Shown: positions 47,062 through 60,161, counted from the whole stretch's first letter. The stretch: DNA of 61,736 nt, filler included, from Globobulimina sp. (GCA_003354225.1; 18 parts of 18 records of this genome joined end to end with filler, not necessarily neighbours in it), one strand, 5' to 3'. The notes: generated by a model not told the origin, from the sequence alone. Made by a program: numbers and translations.

Positions 47062-48008
47062 TGGATGACGAACTGACTGAAGATATTGTGGTGAAAAACC
47101 AATATCATTTAGATGGTCTGAACACATCCACGTTGCCATTAATATTAACATATACAAATTTTAATAAACATATACAAATTTAAACACATATAATTAAGAT
47201 GATGATTTTTTATCCGCACCGTGTGGATTACTCAAAGACGACTCAGCCACTCAGGACTCATCTGAAGCACCACCCGAATATTCCCCACACCCAATCGATA
47301 AAAACATACATCTCGGCAAGGAACCCAATGAACAGAAAACAAGCCCTAACCACACCAAACCCAAAAAGCGACAAATTTCGTATGGTGTCAGCGACGATAC
47401 CTCAGATTCCTCAGACGCGGATGACATAGCTAGCACTGCTCGTAGATACACACAGCAATCCCAACCAAGCCAAGAAGCCCTCGATAGCACCAAAAGCAAC
47501 AACAAAAGCATAGGCAAACAATACAGCATCTTATTGAACGACAAATCTTTCCTCAGCCAACCGGATGCAAACTACCCTAACAATTACATCAAAACCTCCA
47601 AATACACACTACTCACTTTTATCCCGTTGAACCTCTTCGAACAAGTTATTGCGAAATTGCGTCCAGCAACGCCCCACAAACAGCACTCCCAAATATATAC
47701 AGTTTCGTCGTATCGCCAACATCTACTTTCTAATCATCATTGGCATTCAACTGATTCCCGGCGTCAGCCCCTTCCCCATCGGCACTTCCATCATGCCCTT
47801 GGCCTTCATATTATGTGTAGGTGCCATCAAAGACGGCATCGAAGACTACGACCGCCACAAACAAGACCGCATCGCCAATAGTATGGTGATATCACGCCTC
47901 AACCACCACGGACAATTTGCAAAATGTTCGTCCGCCGAGTTGCAAGCTTCTGACATCATTTTAATTCAACGCAACCAACAAATCCCGGCCGACTGCATCG
48001 TGCTATCT
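47062..48008 (+). CDS. P4-type ATPase (phospholipid flippase) N-terminus; intron 47645-47702, 3' partial
   Basis: NYIKTSKYTLLTFIPLNLFEQ|FRRIANIYFL...KDGIEDYDRHKQD...IPAD. The first exon (ATG 47062) is tentative. Confidence 0.88.
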
Positions 48009-48108
48009 NNNNNNNNNNNNNNNNNNNNNNNNNNNNNNNNNNNNNNNNNNNNTTAATTAATTAANNNNNNNNNNNNNNNNNNNNNNNNNNNNNNNNNNNN
48101 NNNNNNNN

Positions 48109-49161
48109 ATTCAAAGCTGTTTAAAACAGATTGAACAGATTGTTGATATACTAAATGATGACTATGATGATGCAGACGAGCGCAAAATACCGTATTTGAC
48201 AGATAGGGAGAAATATAATTTATTGGTTACCTGCTTTGTGGAGAAGAATAACCGTACAAACTTTGATAATAATGGTATAATTAATGGTATTACACGCCGC
48301 GAGGTTACCAAGCAAAATCCCGTGAATTTAGCTGGAATCATTAGAGCTATTATGCAGTTACCAAATAAACTGCAACCACGGTGCGAGGCTAATAACCCTC
48401 GATATAAGTTCGTGGTGTATGATGACCGCAACATCAACATTTTCAATTTGACAAATTGGCCGAATCGATATCAAAATCCGGACCCGAATCCCTTTAATAC
48501 TTACAATAAATTCTATGGCGCACAGCCAAGAGATCGCGGTCGCGGCAGAGGTCGAGGTCGAGGACGCGGACGAGGCAGTTTTCGCGGACGTGGTGGATAT
48601 AGAGGTCGTGGACGAAGAGGGTCATTCCGTGCACGTGGTAGAGGCCGTATGTTCTCCGGAAATCGCAGACCAAGGCCCAGTTCGTGGAATGATGAGTCCA
48701 ATGCTAAACGCGCTAAAATCGAGTGTTTTCGCTGTGGGAAGCTTGGCCATTATAATACTGAGTGCTATTCCACGCTGCACAAAAACGGCCGACCTTTAAC
48801 AAAACAGACAAATACAAAAACAGACAGAGGCAGAGGTGGACGAACCGGGAACCTCAAATGTTACCGTTGCGGACGAGAAGGCCATATGCGGCGCGATTGC
48901 ATCGCCAATAAAACGGTATCCGGCGACGACATTCGTGATATAAAATATTATAATAAATCGAGTGCGGCAAATAATGTACAACAGCAACGCTCGAATGAAC
49001 AGAATAAAAAGAACGAGCGACAGCAATTTACGATAACGATATCGCAGCCAAATAAAGCTCTCGCCCATAATGATAAAGCTCGCAATAAAAGACCGCAAAA
49101 TAGGCCGCATCCCCGGACACACTCAGAATCAGTCGATATCTTCTTCGACGCCACAAATTAA
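48109..49161 (+). CDS. gag: Gag, 5' partial, with RG-rich tract and two CCHC knuckles
   Basis: CFRCGKLGHYNTEC, CYRCGREGHMRRDC and an RGRGRGRG tract. Confidence 0.85.
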   Translation: MQSCLKQIEQIVDILNDDYDDADERKIPYLTDREKYNLLVTCFVEKNNRTNFDNNGIINGITRREVTKQNPVNLAGIIRAIMQLPNKLQPRCEANNPRYKFVVYDDRNINIFNLTNWPNRYQNPDPNPFNTYNKFYGAQPRDRGRGRGRGRGRGRGSFRGRGGYRGRGRRGSFRARGRGRMFSGNRRPRPSSWNDESNAKRAKIECFRCGKLGHYNTECYSTLHKNGRPLTKQTNTKTDRGRGGRTGNLKCYRCGREGHMRRDCIANKTVSGDDIRDIKYYNKSSAANNVQQQRSNEQNKKNERQQFTITISQPNKALAHNDKARNKRPQNRPHPRTHSESVDIFFDATN

Positions 49162-51440
49162 TTCACCTCCGATACCAAACCCATCAAAAACAACACAGAA
49201 ACATACCATAAACACCACAGACATCAATACATATTACGTTGGATCCTCACATCACATTTTCGATCATGGCCGGTCGCCTATGATAAGGAATGATGGTTCA
49301 GAGAGTCCAGAACCAACACCAAACCCAACGCCCGCACCCATACTCATTGCCAGACCAATACTCAATGTGCACGATGATGATGAAATAAATGAAAATGAAA
49401 TAAGCGACATCATCCCTGCCTTAACTCACGTATTGCGCGACCATCCATGCTTCAATATAAATGATCCAGTTTATGCAAGAAATTTCCGTCAATTATACGC
49501 CACGGAGAGCATAAACACGGCATACATCGATGTGCCAGTCAATACAATCAATTTCGACGTTATATCGCCGTTTGATGCAACTATTAATGCGGTCGCCGAT
49601 GGTGGCTCAAATTTGCAATGCATAAATCTGAAAACAGCCCTAAAATACAAAAAATACCTATTGAGGGATCGACGGCACACAAAAGTACGTACCGGCAATG
49701 GCTATGCCACCGTACACGAATACTTACCGATAAAAATAAAACATAAAAATCGCATAATCTCAAATAAGTTCTATGTACTGCATCAATTGCCCGATAATAT
49801 CAACTTTCTTATTGGCAGATCGCTGTTACATGTCCTAAATTATAAATTAGTTCAAATGCATGATACCTTTGAGCATGAATTCGAGCCAGAATTCTACGAC
49901 GACGGCTTTGATGACATGCCCTGCGAACTATATCCATTAAAAACAGATGCCGAGGACATAAATTTCGACATAACCATACATGACGAAGCTGCGCGAGGGC
50001 CAATACTTGACATACTTCATTCGTATGCGGATAATATATCACAGGGAGGCAGTGGTGCCGACATCGGGTTGATTCCAGGCGAAAGGTTCAAAATTCGTTT
50101 GCGCGACGACATCGACGTAACTCCTGTCGCAAATCCTACATATTATATAAATAAAAGATATTATGGAGGATTGCAAAAACAAATACAAAACTTATTTGAC
50201 GATAAACGGATTGAATACAGCGACAGTGAATGGCGTTCGAGCTTGTTTCCACGCCCTAAGAAGACCGGCGATGTACGCATCGTATTCGATTTTCGCCGCT
50301 TAAATCACCTCACGAAGCCTGACCAGTTTCCAATACCGAATATACAAAAATTGCTGCAAAAATTCAGGAATAAGGAGTACGTGACGTCGCTGGACATGAA
50401 GGCGGGATATTGGCATATCCCGTTAGACGATGATACGAAGCCACTCACTGCGTTCGAGTTTGATGGACGTTTGTATCAATGGACTGTGATGCCGATGGGC
50501 CTCAAAAATGCGCCCGCAATGTTCCAACGCGTAATGACGAAAATATTTGCGGATCTGCCATTTGTCACTGTCTACATCGACGATATTGCCATACTCAGCG
50601 ACTCCTTAACCGAACACATAACGCACATAAAGGCCGTATTCGAACGCATCCAAAAATATAATATTAAGCTGCGAATTGATAAATGCTTATTTGCAGCACA
50701 AGAAACAGAGTATTTGGGGTACTACGTCAATAAATATGGCTATCGCCCGACGGAGAAATATAAAAAGAGAATTATAAATGTACCACAGTTACGGAGCAAG
50801 GAAGAGACCCAAATCTTCCTCGGATTGATTGCATATTTGCATAAATTTATACCTGATTTGCATAAAATAGCCAAACCGCTCTATAAATTGCTTGAGACGA
50901 ATGAGCCATTTGTAATGAATGCAGAGCGCCGTAAATCATTCGCCTCCTTAAAATTAATGATCCAAAAGGCCGACATCTTAATTCATCCGGACCCCGATCG
51001 CAAAATACATATCTTTTGTGACGCGTCCATTCATGGCATCGGTGGTGTGGTGGGCCAGTATGACGACGATGCACTATTTCGACCCATTGCATTCGCATCA
51101 AAATCATTCACGCCAACGCAGCAAAATTGGCATGTGAGCGAACAGGAGGTATTCGCAGTGATTTACATGGTGGAGAAATGGCGCTATCTGTTGGTCGGAA
51201 ATCATTTTATAGTCCATACCGACCATAAAAATTTACAAGAGCTCTTCAATCGAGCCAAGAATTTCCGCGCCGGGAAACTCTATCGATGGGCCGTGCGACT
51301 CCAAGAATATGATTTTACCGCCAAATACGTGCCTGGTTACGAGAATATTATCGCTGATTATTTATCAAGAAATGGTCTGTTCAAAGAACATACCGAGAAC
51401 AGCATAATTATAAATGAATCGAGAGAAGAGCGCAAGGCTC
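49070..51440 (+). CDS. pol: Pol (protease, reverse transcriptase, RNase H), 3' partial
   Basis: AVADGGS...FLIGR (protease); DFRRLN, LDMKAGYWHI, MPMGLKNAP, YIDD (RT); CDAS, EQE, TDHKNL, ADYLSR (RNase H). Confidence 0.93.
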
Positions 51441-51540
51441 NNNNNNNNNNNNNNNNNNNNNNNNNNNNNNNNNNNNNNNNNNNNTTAATTAATTAANNNN
51501 NNNNNNNNNNNNNNNNNNNNNNNNNNNNNNNNNNNNNNNN

Positions 51541-51714
51541 TATCCTGACATTAAATTAGTCTGGTCAGTTGGAAAAGGAAACTGGGCTCAAATACCATGG
51601 ATCGCTCTATTAGATAAACGCGAAACTGAAACAACACGAGAAGGCGTCTATTGCGTTTTCCTTTTTAGGTACGATCTAAGCGGAGTATATATAACATTCA
51701 ATCAAGGTATTACA
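51541..51714 (+). CDS. Bacterial McrB-like N-terminal DNA-binding domain (DUF3578) fragment
   Basis: Not in the ORF track. The frame from 51541 reads SVGKGNWAQIPWIALLDKRETETTREGVYCVFLFRYDLSGVYITFNQG. Confidence 0.8.
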
Positions 51715-51859
51715 AGTAACAAATCCAGGGAACCAAACATACATTGAATGGGAGACTGTTTTCAGTAATGATGCGTGCATTTCTGTCATCCAAGACAGCA
51801 GATTCAAAAAAAAGGAAGCATTCAAAGATTTAGAATTTGCACTTGCTTCTGTGAAATAA
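51710..51859 (+). CDS. SRPBCC/polyketide-cyclase-like protein C-terminus, fragment
   Basis: VTNPGNQTYIEWETVFSNDACISVIQDSRFKKKEAF...*. Confidence 0.5.
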   Translation, partial: LQVTNPGNQTYIEWETVFSNDACISVIQDSRFKKKEAFKDLEFALASVK

Positions 51860-51960
51860 TTGTACATTAATGTGTATTCAATTTATAATACTATTTATTC
51901 CGTTCTTTAAGTTTTAGAAGATAATTTTTGAGTGTTTTGGCTCAGAGTGTCAGAGTGCGC

Positions 51961-54872
51961 ATGTTAATGGACAATGGTTTTGATGAACATGAAATTCAAT
52001 CTGAGATTAAAACGATATATGGTTCAAAATTAAGAATAAAATTAAGGTCATTATGGTTAGGGTTTATTTTTTATTTTCGCTTTTCACAAAAGGAAATAAA
52101 AAGACATTTGTTTAACTTTATTCTTGGAATTTGTAGTTGTACAATAACAGTATTTGTAGCAGCAACAATTAGTACCATTGTTGATAATGCACCATTTGTA
52201 ATATTAAAACAAGCAGAAAATAGTTGCGGTCAGTATGATATTCAAATAACACCACGTTCATATCAACGAGGACCGTATTTAAATTTTTCATTAATTACTG
52301 ATACATTATCTAAATATTCACAACATGAGATTGCTGAATTAAGTTCATATCGTTATCTATTTAATGGTACACAATCTTTATTTTTTACACCAAAATGTTA
52401 CAATATTAATGTTAATAATATGAACTTGAGTGATTTGAGTAATTTCAGAGAGTTATACCACTCAAATGATTGTAAACCTATTTTTATGGATCGCACGCGT
52501 TGCAAAGCGCATTTATCAAGTTTATGGATTATCGATTTTGAGCAAGAAAAAAGAATGGGATTTGGTAGAAACTTTAATCCTCAATATATTCCAAAACGAG
52601 GTGAAATTATAATAAATAAAAAACAAATGAAAGCATTTAACATTGAAATTGGAGATTATTTATTGTTATTAATTGATTTACAACATGACCAGCAACAAAA
52701 TTTATTATATTCCATTATAAAAAATCATGATACGTATAATAAAAAGGCACGACACATTGCAGATAGTTTATATTGTTCACGAATATTATTTCCAGTTCGT
52801 GTAATTGCTATTTTGGATGAGATTAGTTTTGGTAAATTTGGTTCAAATATAAATAAATATACATTTATAATGAATAATAAATATTTTGTGCCATATATCT
52901 CTTTATACCGTAATAATAAGTTATTATCAAATAAAACAATCTTATCATCGTCGCTTCAATCCATAAATTTAATGCATTTATCAACACATATTTTTTTTAA
53001 TATTCCATCGCGAATAAAATATTATTTAACCTTAAATTATGCAAAAATACAAAACGAATTTGCCATTTATACCTCGATTTTAATGTATTTTTTAGGCTTT
53101 ACACAACTTGAAATATCGACGCCGATTGAAATTGAATTTTATAAGTTACGGTTTGCGGCTTTATTTTTCGAGTTGGTGCTGGATATTATATTGTTGACTT
53201 TGGTGCTGCTGTCTGTTATGTTGTTGTATTCCTTATTGACCATAAGTGTTGAAAATAGAATAAAAATATTTTCAATATTAAGAATGATTGGAATGAAAAA
53301 ATCACAATTATTGAAATTAATTATCAACCAATCACTGACATACTCATTTCCATCATTTATTATTGCCATTATTCTCTCTCAAATCAGTATATACTGCGTA
53401 CTCTACAAATTCTCGCATCTCATTCAAATCAATTTATCGCCAATCATCACTGTAAACGGATTTTGTAGAGCAATATTTGTGGCTTTTTTTATTCCATTAA
53501 TTTCATCCATATTGCCAATAAAAAATGCATTGAATTGTTACGTTGCAACGAATAAGAATAATAATAACATTCTCAAATACAAAATTGAGAGATCGGAACA
53601 ATCAAAAATATCATCGACATTTTTACTCATTGGTATAATAATGGTTTTTTTTGGTTTTTGTATTTATTATTTATTTCCTTTATCATTAATAACACAAAGA
53701 CTGTCATTATTATTGACGATGTTCTTTATAATGTTGATTGTAATGTTGATTGGTTTATTATTGCTCTCCTTTAACATTGAATATGTTATTGAGAAATGTA
53801 TCATTTTGTTGTTGTTTGCGTGGTGGGAACGTAAACATTTAACATATATCGTATATAAAAACATAATTGCGCATAAACATAGAAATAAAAAGACGACCTT
53901 AATGTATTCGTTATCCTTAGGTTTTATTATTATGATATCTGTGGTCTATCGGGTCAATATTAATGCGATCGGATTAAGAATATTAACAAAGTACGGTGCC
54001 AAATATGCTGTGTCATTTACCCATAACGACAATAATAATAATAATATTAATCACTATCAAGAAATCCAAAATAAGTTTAATAAAACAATTGAAACAATTA
54101 CATTTCGATGGAAAGCAGTAAAATATAATAATGCAAATATGTATGATTTGAGTAAAATGCATAAAACAAACTTTCTAAACGCAATTATATCACCGGATTA
54201 TATGGATGTTGCCGAAACTGCATTATTTTCACCTTCATCATCTTCAATGCATCGTATTGACCATCAATTATACTCAGCAAAAGGTTCACAATCTGCAATT
54301 ATTGGTCATTCATTAACAAATAAATTATTTTTGAATAAATATAATAAATACAATAAAAAATTAATAATTGAATTTAATTATTTTGATTCTTACAAGTATA
54401 AAATAATTAAAACCTTACAATTTATAAATGTATTGCCAGGATATGATGAATTGAGTAAATCAATACATTCAAATCAAGCATCTGTTGGATTATCAATCCC
54501 ATCGACTTTAAGATTGAATATTAATATATTTGAATCCGTCGAGGATGCACTATTTGAGCCTCGCGGCATTTTAATAAAGTTTTATGCAAATGCAAGTATT
54601 TTGGCTATAAATGGTGTAAAAGAATATATTAATGAATATGCGGATGAATCATTCGATTACAATGATTTTATGGTTATAATGAAATCAACAAATGACATAA
54701 TGGATATTGTATTTTCCGCAGCAACATATATTTCTCTATTTTTATGTTTATTTAGTATAATATCGTCAATGTACATAAATATTTATGAACAAAGCAAAGA
54801 GATTGCCATTTTAAGGGCGATTGGTTTAAATAAATGGCAGACATACAAAGTGTACGCATATGAAGCAATTAA
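51961..54872 (+). CDS. FtsX/MacB-like ABC permease with two FtsX domains, 3' partial
   Basis: YSLLTISVENRIKIFSILRMIGMKKSQL and SSMYINIYEQSKEIAILRAIGL motifs, with multiple TM helices. Confidence 0.82.
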
Positions 54873-54972
54873 NNNNNNNNNNNNNNNNNNNNNNNNNNNN
54901 NNNNNNNNNNNNNNNNTTAATTAATTAANNNNNNNNNNNNNNNNNNNNNNNNNNNNNNNNNNNNNNNNNNNN

Positions 54973-57900
54973 CAATCATTAGATCTATTTTTGCCCAAAA
55001 TCATCACCAAAATACTATTCACCAAAAACGCGAAAAATAACCTGGACATCGGAGATATAGATAATTATAAATATAAGCCAGATTTGTACGAATTGCGCGG
55101 CAGTAAAGAAGTGTTAATGTACTATTTAGGTTTAATCGAAGCCGTAGTGATCCCCTCGCATTCCTATATCATTAAATATATCCCAATATTGTCCAACATA
55201 GTCACCATTTGTATGAATAGCGCGTTGCCTGAAATTAAAAAATATGCCGGTCCCATATTACAGGCTGTAATTGTCACATTATGCCGCGAAACACCGTTGG
55301 AAGCACGCTCGTTTTCGCCGGATATCTGGCGAGAAGACGGGAGCTGGCAACATTGGCGCGATTGGGGACAGTTTACAGAGCTTGAAATGAAGGGAATGTA
55401 TAAAACCTGCCGACCAAATTTGAAATCGAAATGGTTTTATCCCACTCAGAGAGAGTTTGCAGCCATACAGGAATTGATAAATTACACCTTATCACAACCG
55501 TTAGTAGAGATTAATGAGTTTATTCGCTCAGAAACCACGGATATTGCTCCCAAATTAGCAGCGGAGCAGTTATTAGAATATGTCCGTGTTTTGTATCATT
55601 TTTGTTACGGCATTGGCCATTTGGGCGATTTTGATGTCGATGCACAGAGTGAATTGCTGCCCACAGTGAAGGAGGATAATTATTTCACCGTTGCGCAGAA
55701 TTCGTCACATAATTACTTCACATTTGTTACAGCGAAGGGAAAGGACGATGCCGTGTATGGCGAATTGAATAAATTGCGAGCGATGATAAAGTTGCCCGGT
55801 TGCACCGGTACACAGTTTGAAAATGTATCGTTGCGCACAGCGTTTGCGAGGCTATGCATTGCGTTGTATCGCAAATTGGGACATTATTCGGATACATCTG
55901 ATTATATCATCGATTCGAGCGAGTTACCGGAGGAAGAAGCTGCCGATGCGGACATGTCGCAGAGCGATACTTCATTTTCCAATATCAATGTCACTGAGAT
56001 TATGGCCGAAAGTAAATCCGAAAATGATGACGAAGCGAAGGAGAAATCATTGACTGCGCTCAAAAAATCCAAACTATTCCCCGGTGTCAGCAAGGTATGT
56101 TTTACAAATAAAAAGTATTTTTTCCAGTGCTTTTATGCTATTTCATAGGTATTGGTGTGGTTGAATACGTTTGTAAATGTAATGATGAATCATGACGGCG
56201 TGATGTGGGGTGTAGTAAGCAATCACTTTTCCGGCGTGTCCTCCTTTTTGAGGCGGATACGTGGCGACGATATATTCACCGGTCATATCTATAACAATCG
56301 GGCTGCGCTGGTCAATGAAGCACACGCATTGACGCTGAAACGCTTATATTTTTTATACAATCATAACTCGTACACCACCGATGTGCGTAGTTTGGTGCAA
56401 GAATTAGCAAAGTGTTCCATTTCGGAGTTTGAAAACGTACGCAAACAAGCCATCCACGCCATAATTTCCGGGCGAAGTATTTATAACTTCCGCTCTGCGG
56501 TGGAATGGGCCTTCAAGTTCTGGCTGAAGATAATCGGTGATCATAAGTCCGAAAAGTGTCAATTGTTGGGGGCAACGCATGCATTAAAAAACCGCGAGTT
56601 AATGAGCCAATTAATATTACGCACCTCGCAAAGAGACAGAGGTTTTATCTCCGCGCTGTTGAGCTGCAGCATCCATCGCGAACCGTTGGTGCAATCCAGT
56701 ATTTATCAAATATTCTTCACATATTTCAATACCAAGAAATATCGCACCATATACTTGCCGCCAAATATTGGCAAGACTGCAGAGAGAAAGAAAGAAATCG
56801 AAATCATTGACGCGAATTTAAAAAAAGAACACCAATTATTACAAGCGGAGTTGTTGTACATTGCACAAAATGAAATCCCCTCCATCAGGAACAATAAATT
56901 AAATGTAACCGATTGGGATTCAGTGTCGTCTTCAAATTCGACTTCCGGCAGTTATGTCAAGATCCCATCCACGCCAAATGACCCAGTCGTTACTTCCTTA
57001 GCTTCGTTGATCAACAATCTCGATTTGCAATCATTGAATATTGATTTTAAAAACATCCCCTTTGATCTGCACAACGTAACACCGCAGGCTTTGTCTGCAT
57101 TTCTAACCAAGCAAGGATTCAATTTACCGTCCACTATTTTTAACTCTTTGTCGCAGCAACAATTGCAATCTATTATAGATTCCTCGCAATTGGGCAAATA
57201 TATTAAAAACATCAACAAAACTGCAGCAAAAAAGGAGAATAACAGTAATATTAAGGAGAGCAAAGAGAGTGTGAATGTACACTGGAAATATCAGTTAATG
57301 GCAACGATATTGTTATGGAAGTCGCTGCGACCAAACATAGCTCCAAACAAAGAATTTATACAATACATCACGAAATTAATCGGCAATGAAATACCGTCGT
57401 TAAATCGCGTCGCAATCACCTCATTGACCACGATCATGGCAAATTATTTGCCGTTATTACATTACAAAAACGTGATTAAAGATGTGGATAAATATCCGAT
57501 TGAACATACATTTGGTTGGAGGACAGGTGCGCATGACATAAATATCAACGATCTATGTGCCGCCATGCCGTTATATATGAGACCCCGCGCACAGTTATCC
57601 TCCCAATGTGCGAGTATGATTCACGAATATTTGTCAAATAACTTAGATATTTTATACAAAGCTTTTGCGACCGACCATCCCCACATTGTGGACCCATCCG
57701 CGCCACAACAGAATCGACGCTCCTCCGAGACGCAATTGCGCAAATTAATAAAATTAGAGTATCTATGGCCTTACGACGGTTACGATGTGACATTGGATTG
57801 GTGGGAACATACACATTATATCCTGACTCGTGACATACTGCGCTGTAAATGGCCAAACACAAACGACGACGCCAATGTTGCCCACTGGAAATATGACCAA

Positions 57901-58304
57901 AATCTATGGATTTTGAGCATTGACCAATTCAACATTCATGCCGCAAATATGAAGGAGAAAGAAGAGCAGTTGGCCGCTGGCGAAATCTTAGCTGGGATAT
58001 TGCGCGCATACCACCAGTTTGCGGCTATTAACAAGTTGCCGGAGAGCATCACTGTGTCCTTGTTGTGCCAGAAAATCAGCGAGCCGCTGTTGAAGATAAT
58101 GCAGCAATGTCCGCAAGAGAGCGAAGACAATTGGTGCTCTGCGATCCGCGCTGGTTTGGCCAACTCCGATCCGCGCGCTGTGGAATGGTTTACGCGGCCG
58201 ATCCTGGCTGCGGTGGCGGAGAATTTGCAGATAAAACAGGAGGGAAAGGAGGAGAAACAGTACATATCGCCCGAGAAACAGGTCCGTGCCATGCGGTACG
58301 GGCC
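54973..58304 (+). CDS. PSME4: Proteasome activator PA200/Blm10, internal fragment; intron 56095-56148
   Basis: WRDWG...KWFYPTQRE, ELAKCSISEFENVRKQA, HWKYQLMA, EQLAAGEILAGILRA and ESEDNW...DPRAVEW blocks. Confidence 0.8.
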
Positions 58305-58481
58305 NNNNNNNNNNNNNNNNNNNNNNNNNNNNNNNNNNNNNNNNNNNNTTAATTAATTAANNNNNNNNNNNNNNNNNNNNNNNNNNNNNNNNNNNNNNNN
58401 NNNNCAATGCATATTCACCTAACATCGCGTTAGCGCGTTCGGTTTTAAATTATTTTGTAATCTGCCACATTCTCAATATGA

Positions 58482-60097
58482 CTAATTCATAAATGACAGA
58501 TTGCAAAATACATTTAAACCATTACCTAAATCAATATATTCAAACCCGATAAAAAATTGATGAACATCATTAAACGGTGCATGATGACCCAATCTATCAT
58601 GAATTAGCAACATATCATAATGGTTTGCTTGCTTTTCAAGATCGCTCAATACATTTTTATGTTTCCTTTTCTGTTTCCGATCCGATAGCAACCTCTCAAT
58701 CTCACCCAAAGTATCAATCTCTTGCATCCAAGCTGTATAAGAATCGCTTGCTTGGATCCCCGCAGCTGCCACATCACCAAGATTCAGCACAGCATGCCAC
58801 CAAAACTCCGGCAAGTATATCAATTGACCTTCTTTCTGAATACACTCCAATGGACGGTGCAATCCATTGTGACCAAACTCAAAATCCGCTGATAAAATAT
58901 CATCAATACTGCTCTGAGAGTTAAGTGATTTATAATTCCCATCCACATCCACAGTACGCTTAAACACAGACCCTCTCAAAAAGCGATAATCGCCCCACTT
59001 ATTCGGGTCATTTGAGCCATAAAATTTGTCACTATCATACATAAACTGGTTATTCCAATCACCTGTATCCGTGACCCACGTCAAGTTACCATGCAAGTGG
59101 GGATATATACTCATAAACCAGTCTTTCGATGAGTAGCCAGGCCAAAACCCACCGGGTGGCTGCACCTCCGGCGGGTACAAGAACCATCTCTTCCGTCCGT
59201 AAGCAACGCCTAACAAAATGCGAAAGCTGCATCTGTTCACATATCAGTTACACGTAACATTATAATGTCAAACCTGCCCAAGTTTCGCCGTGTGCGTGCC
59301 ACGTAGCTCCAGTCCCGGAAACACCGATAAATAATATGCCATAATGTGAGTCTAATGCATTGGGTAAATATGACGGTCCATGGAAGTGATTCAATTGAAA
59401 GTTCTTTTCTTTGCGCCAGATAGATCTATCAAATACGTACAATGGTTCTTTGTACTGCGCATCAAAGGGACCCATTTTATCCTTATCCAAATGTAATTGC
59501 ATAGAATCCTCGAAATATTCCTCCAATGTGATGTTGACTGGTCCTATGCCAGAATTTAAGACCAATTCCAAACTCCTCCCAGCTTCGAAGGGAAAGCCGC
59601 AATATTGCATGAGCCAGTTTTTTTTGGTCCAGAATTCAGGATCTGTCCAATCAGACAGATTGGCATCAATTAATAAGGGTTTTTTAAACAGGTATTCTTG
59701 GATAAATGTTTCGTGTCTGTTTATTTTTATTGAATAGGAAGGTATAATGTGTGTGCTATATAGATATAGTAGTTAACGTTAAGTCGTTTATATGGATAAC
59801 ATCAGCATCACAAAAAAAGTGGTCATCGTCACGTGAAGACCATGATGACTCGAAATCACATACAAATCCTGCAGCTAACCCTGGACATGGATATGGATAA
59901 TTGTATTCAGATGGATCCAGACTAAAATCAATGTTTTTATATTTTTTATGATAAATATTTTCAGAGTCTGTTGCATTATCAGTTGTGGTGCATCCGTCGG
60001 CATTTTCATTCGAATCTGTGCATAACGGAGGTGTTGTACTATAGATCAGATATATAAACAGTGATATTGTTATTGCGTTGTACTTAATCGACGCCAT
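58482..60097 (-). CDS. JMJD8: JmjC-domain protein, JMJD8-like, with signal peptide; introns 59717-59777 and 59210-59273
   Basis: GTGATWHAHG (HxH), YGRKRWFLYPP and ECIQKEGQLIYLPEFWWHAVLN, with a hydrophobic N-terminus. It probably continues through another exon at the contig edge. Confidence 0.72.
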
Positions 60098-60161
60098 GTT
60101 TGAGCGACGACTAATTAATAAAATGATACAAAAACACAACGCACGCAACAATAACAAGAGC

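Larger units (their letters stand above)
48109..51440 (+). mobile_element. Ty3/Gypsy LTR retrotransposon internal region (gag, PR, RT, RNase H)
   Basis: Domain order PR-RT-RH and the RT motifs are typical of Ty3/Gypsy. LTRs and integrase lie outside the contig. Confidence 0.92.

Noticed and set aside
3340..58404. Regularly spaced TTAATTAATTAA palindromes as a repeat array or CRISPR-like system
   Set aside because: They are embedded in N runs, identical, and separate size-sorted contigs: an artificial linker.
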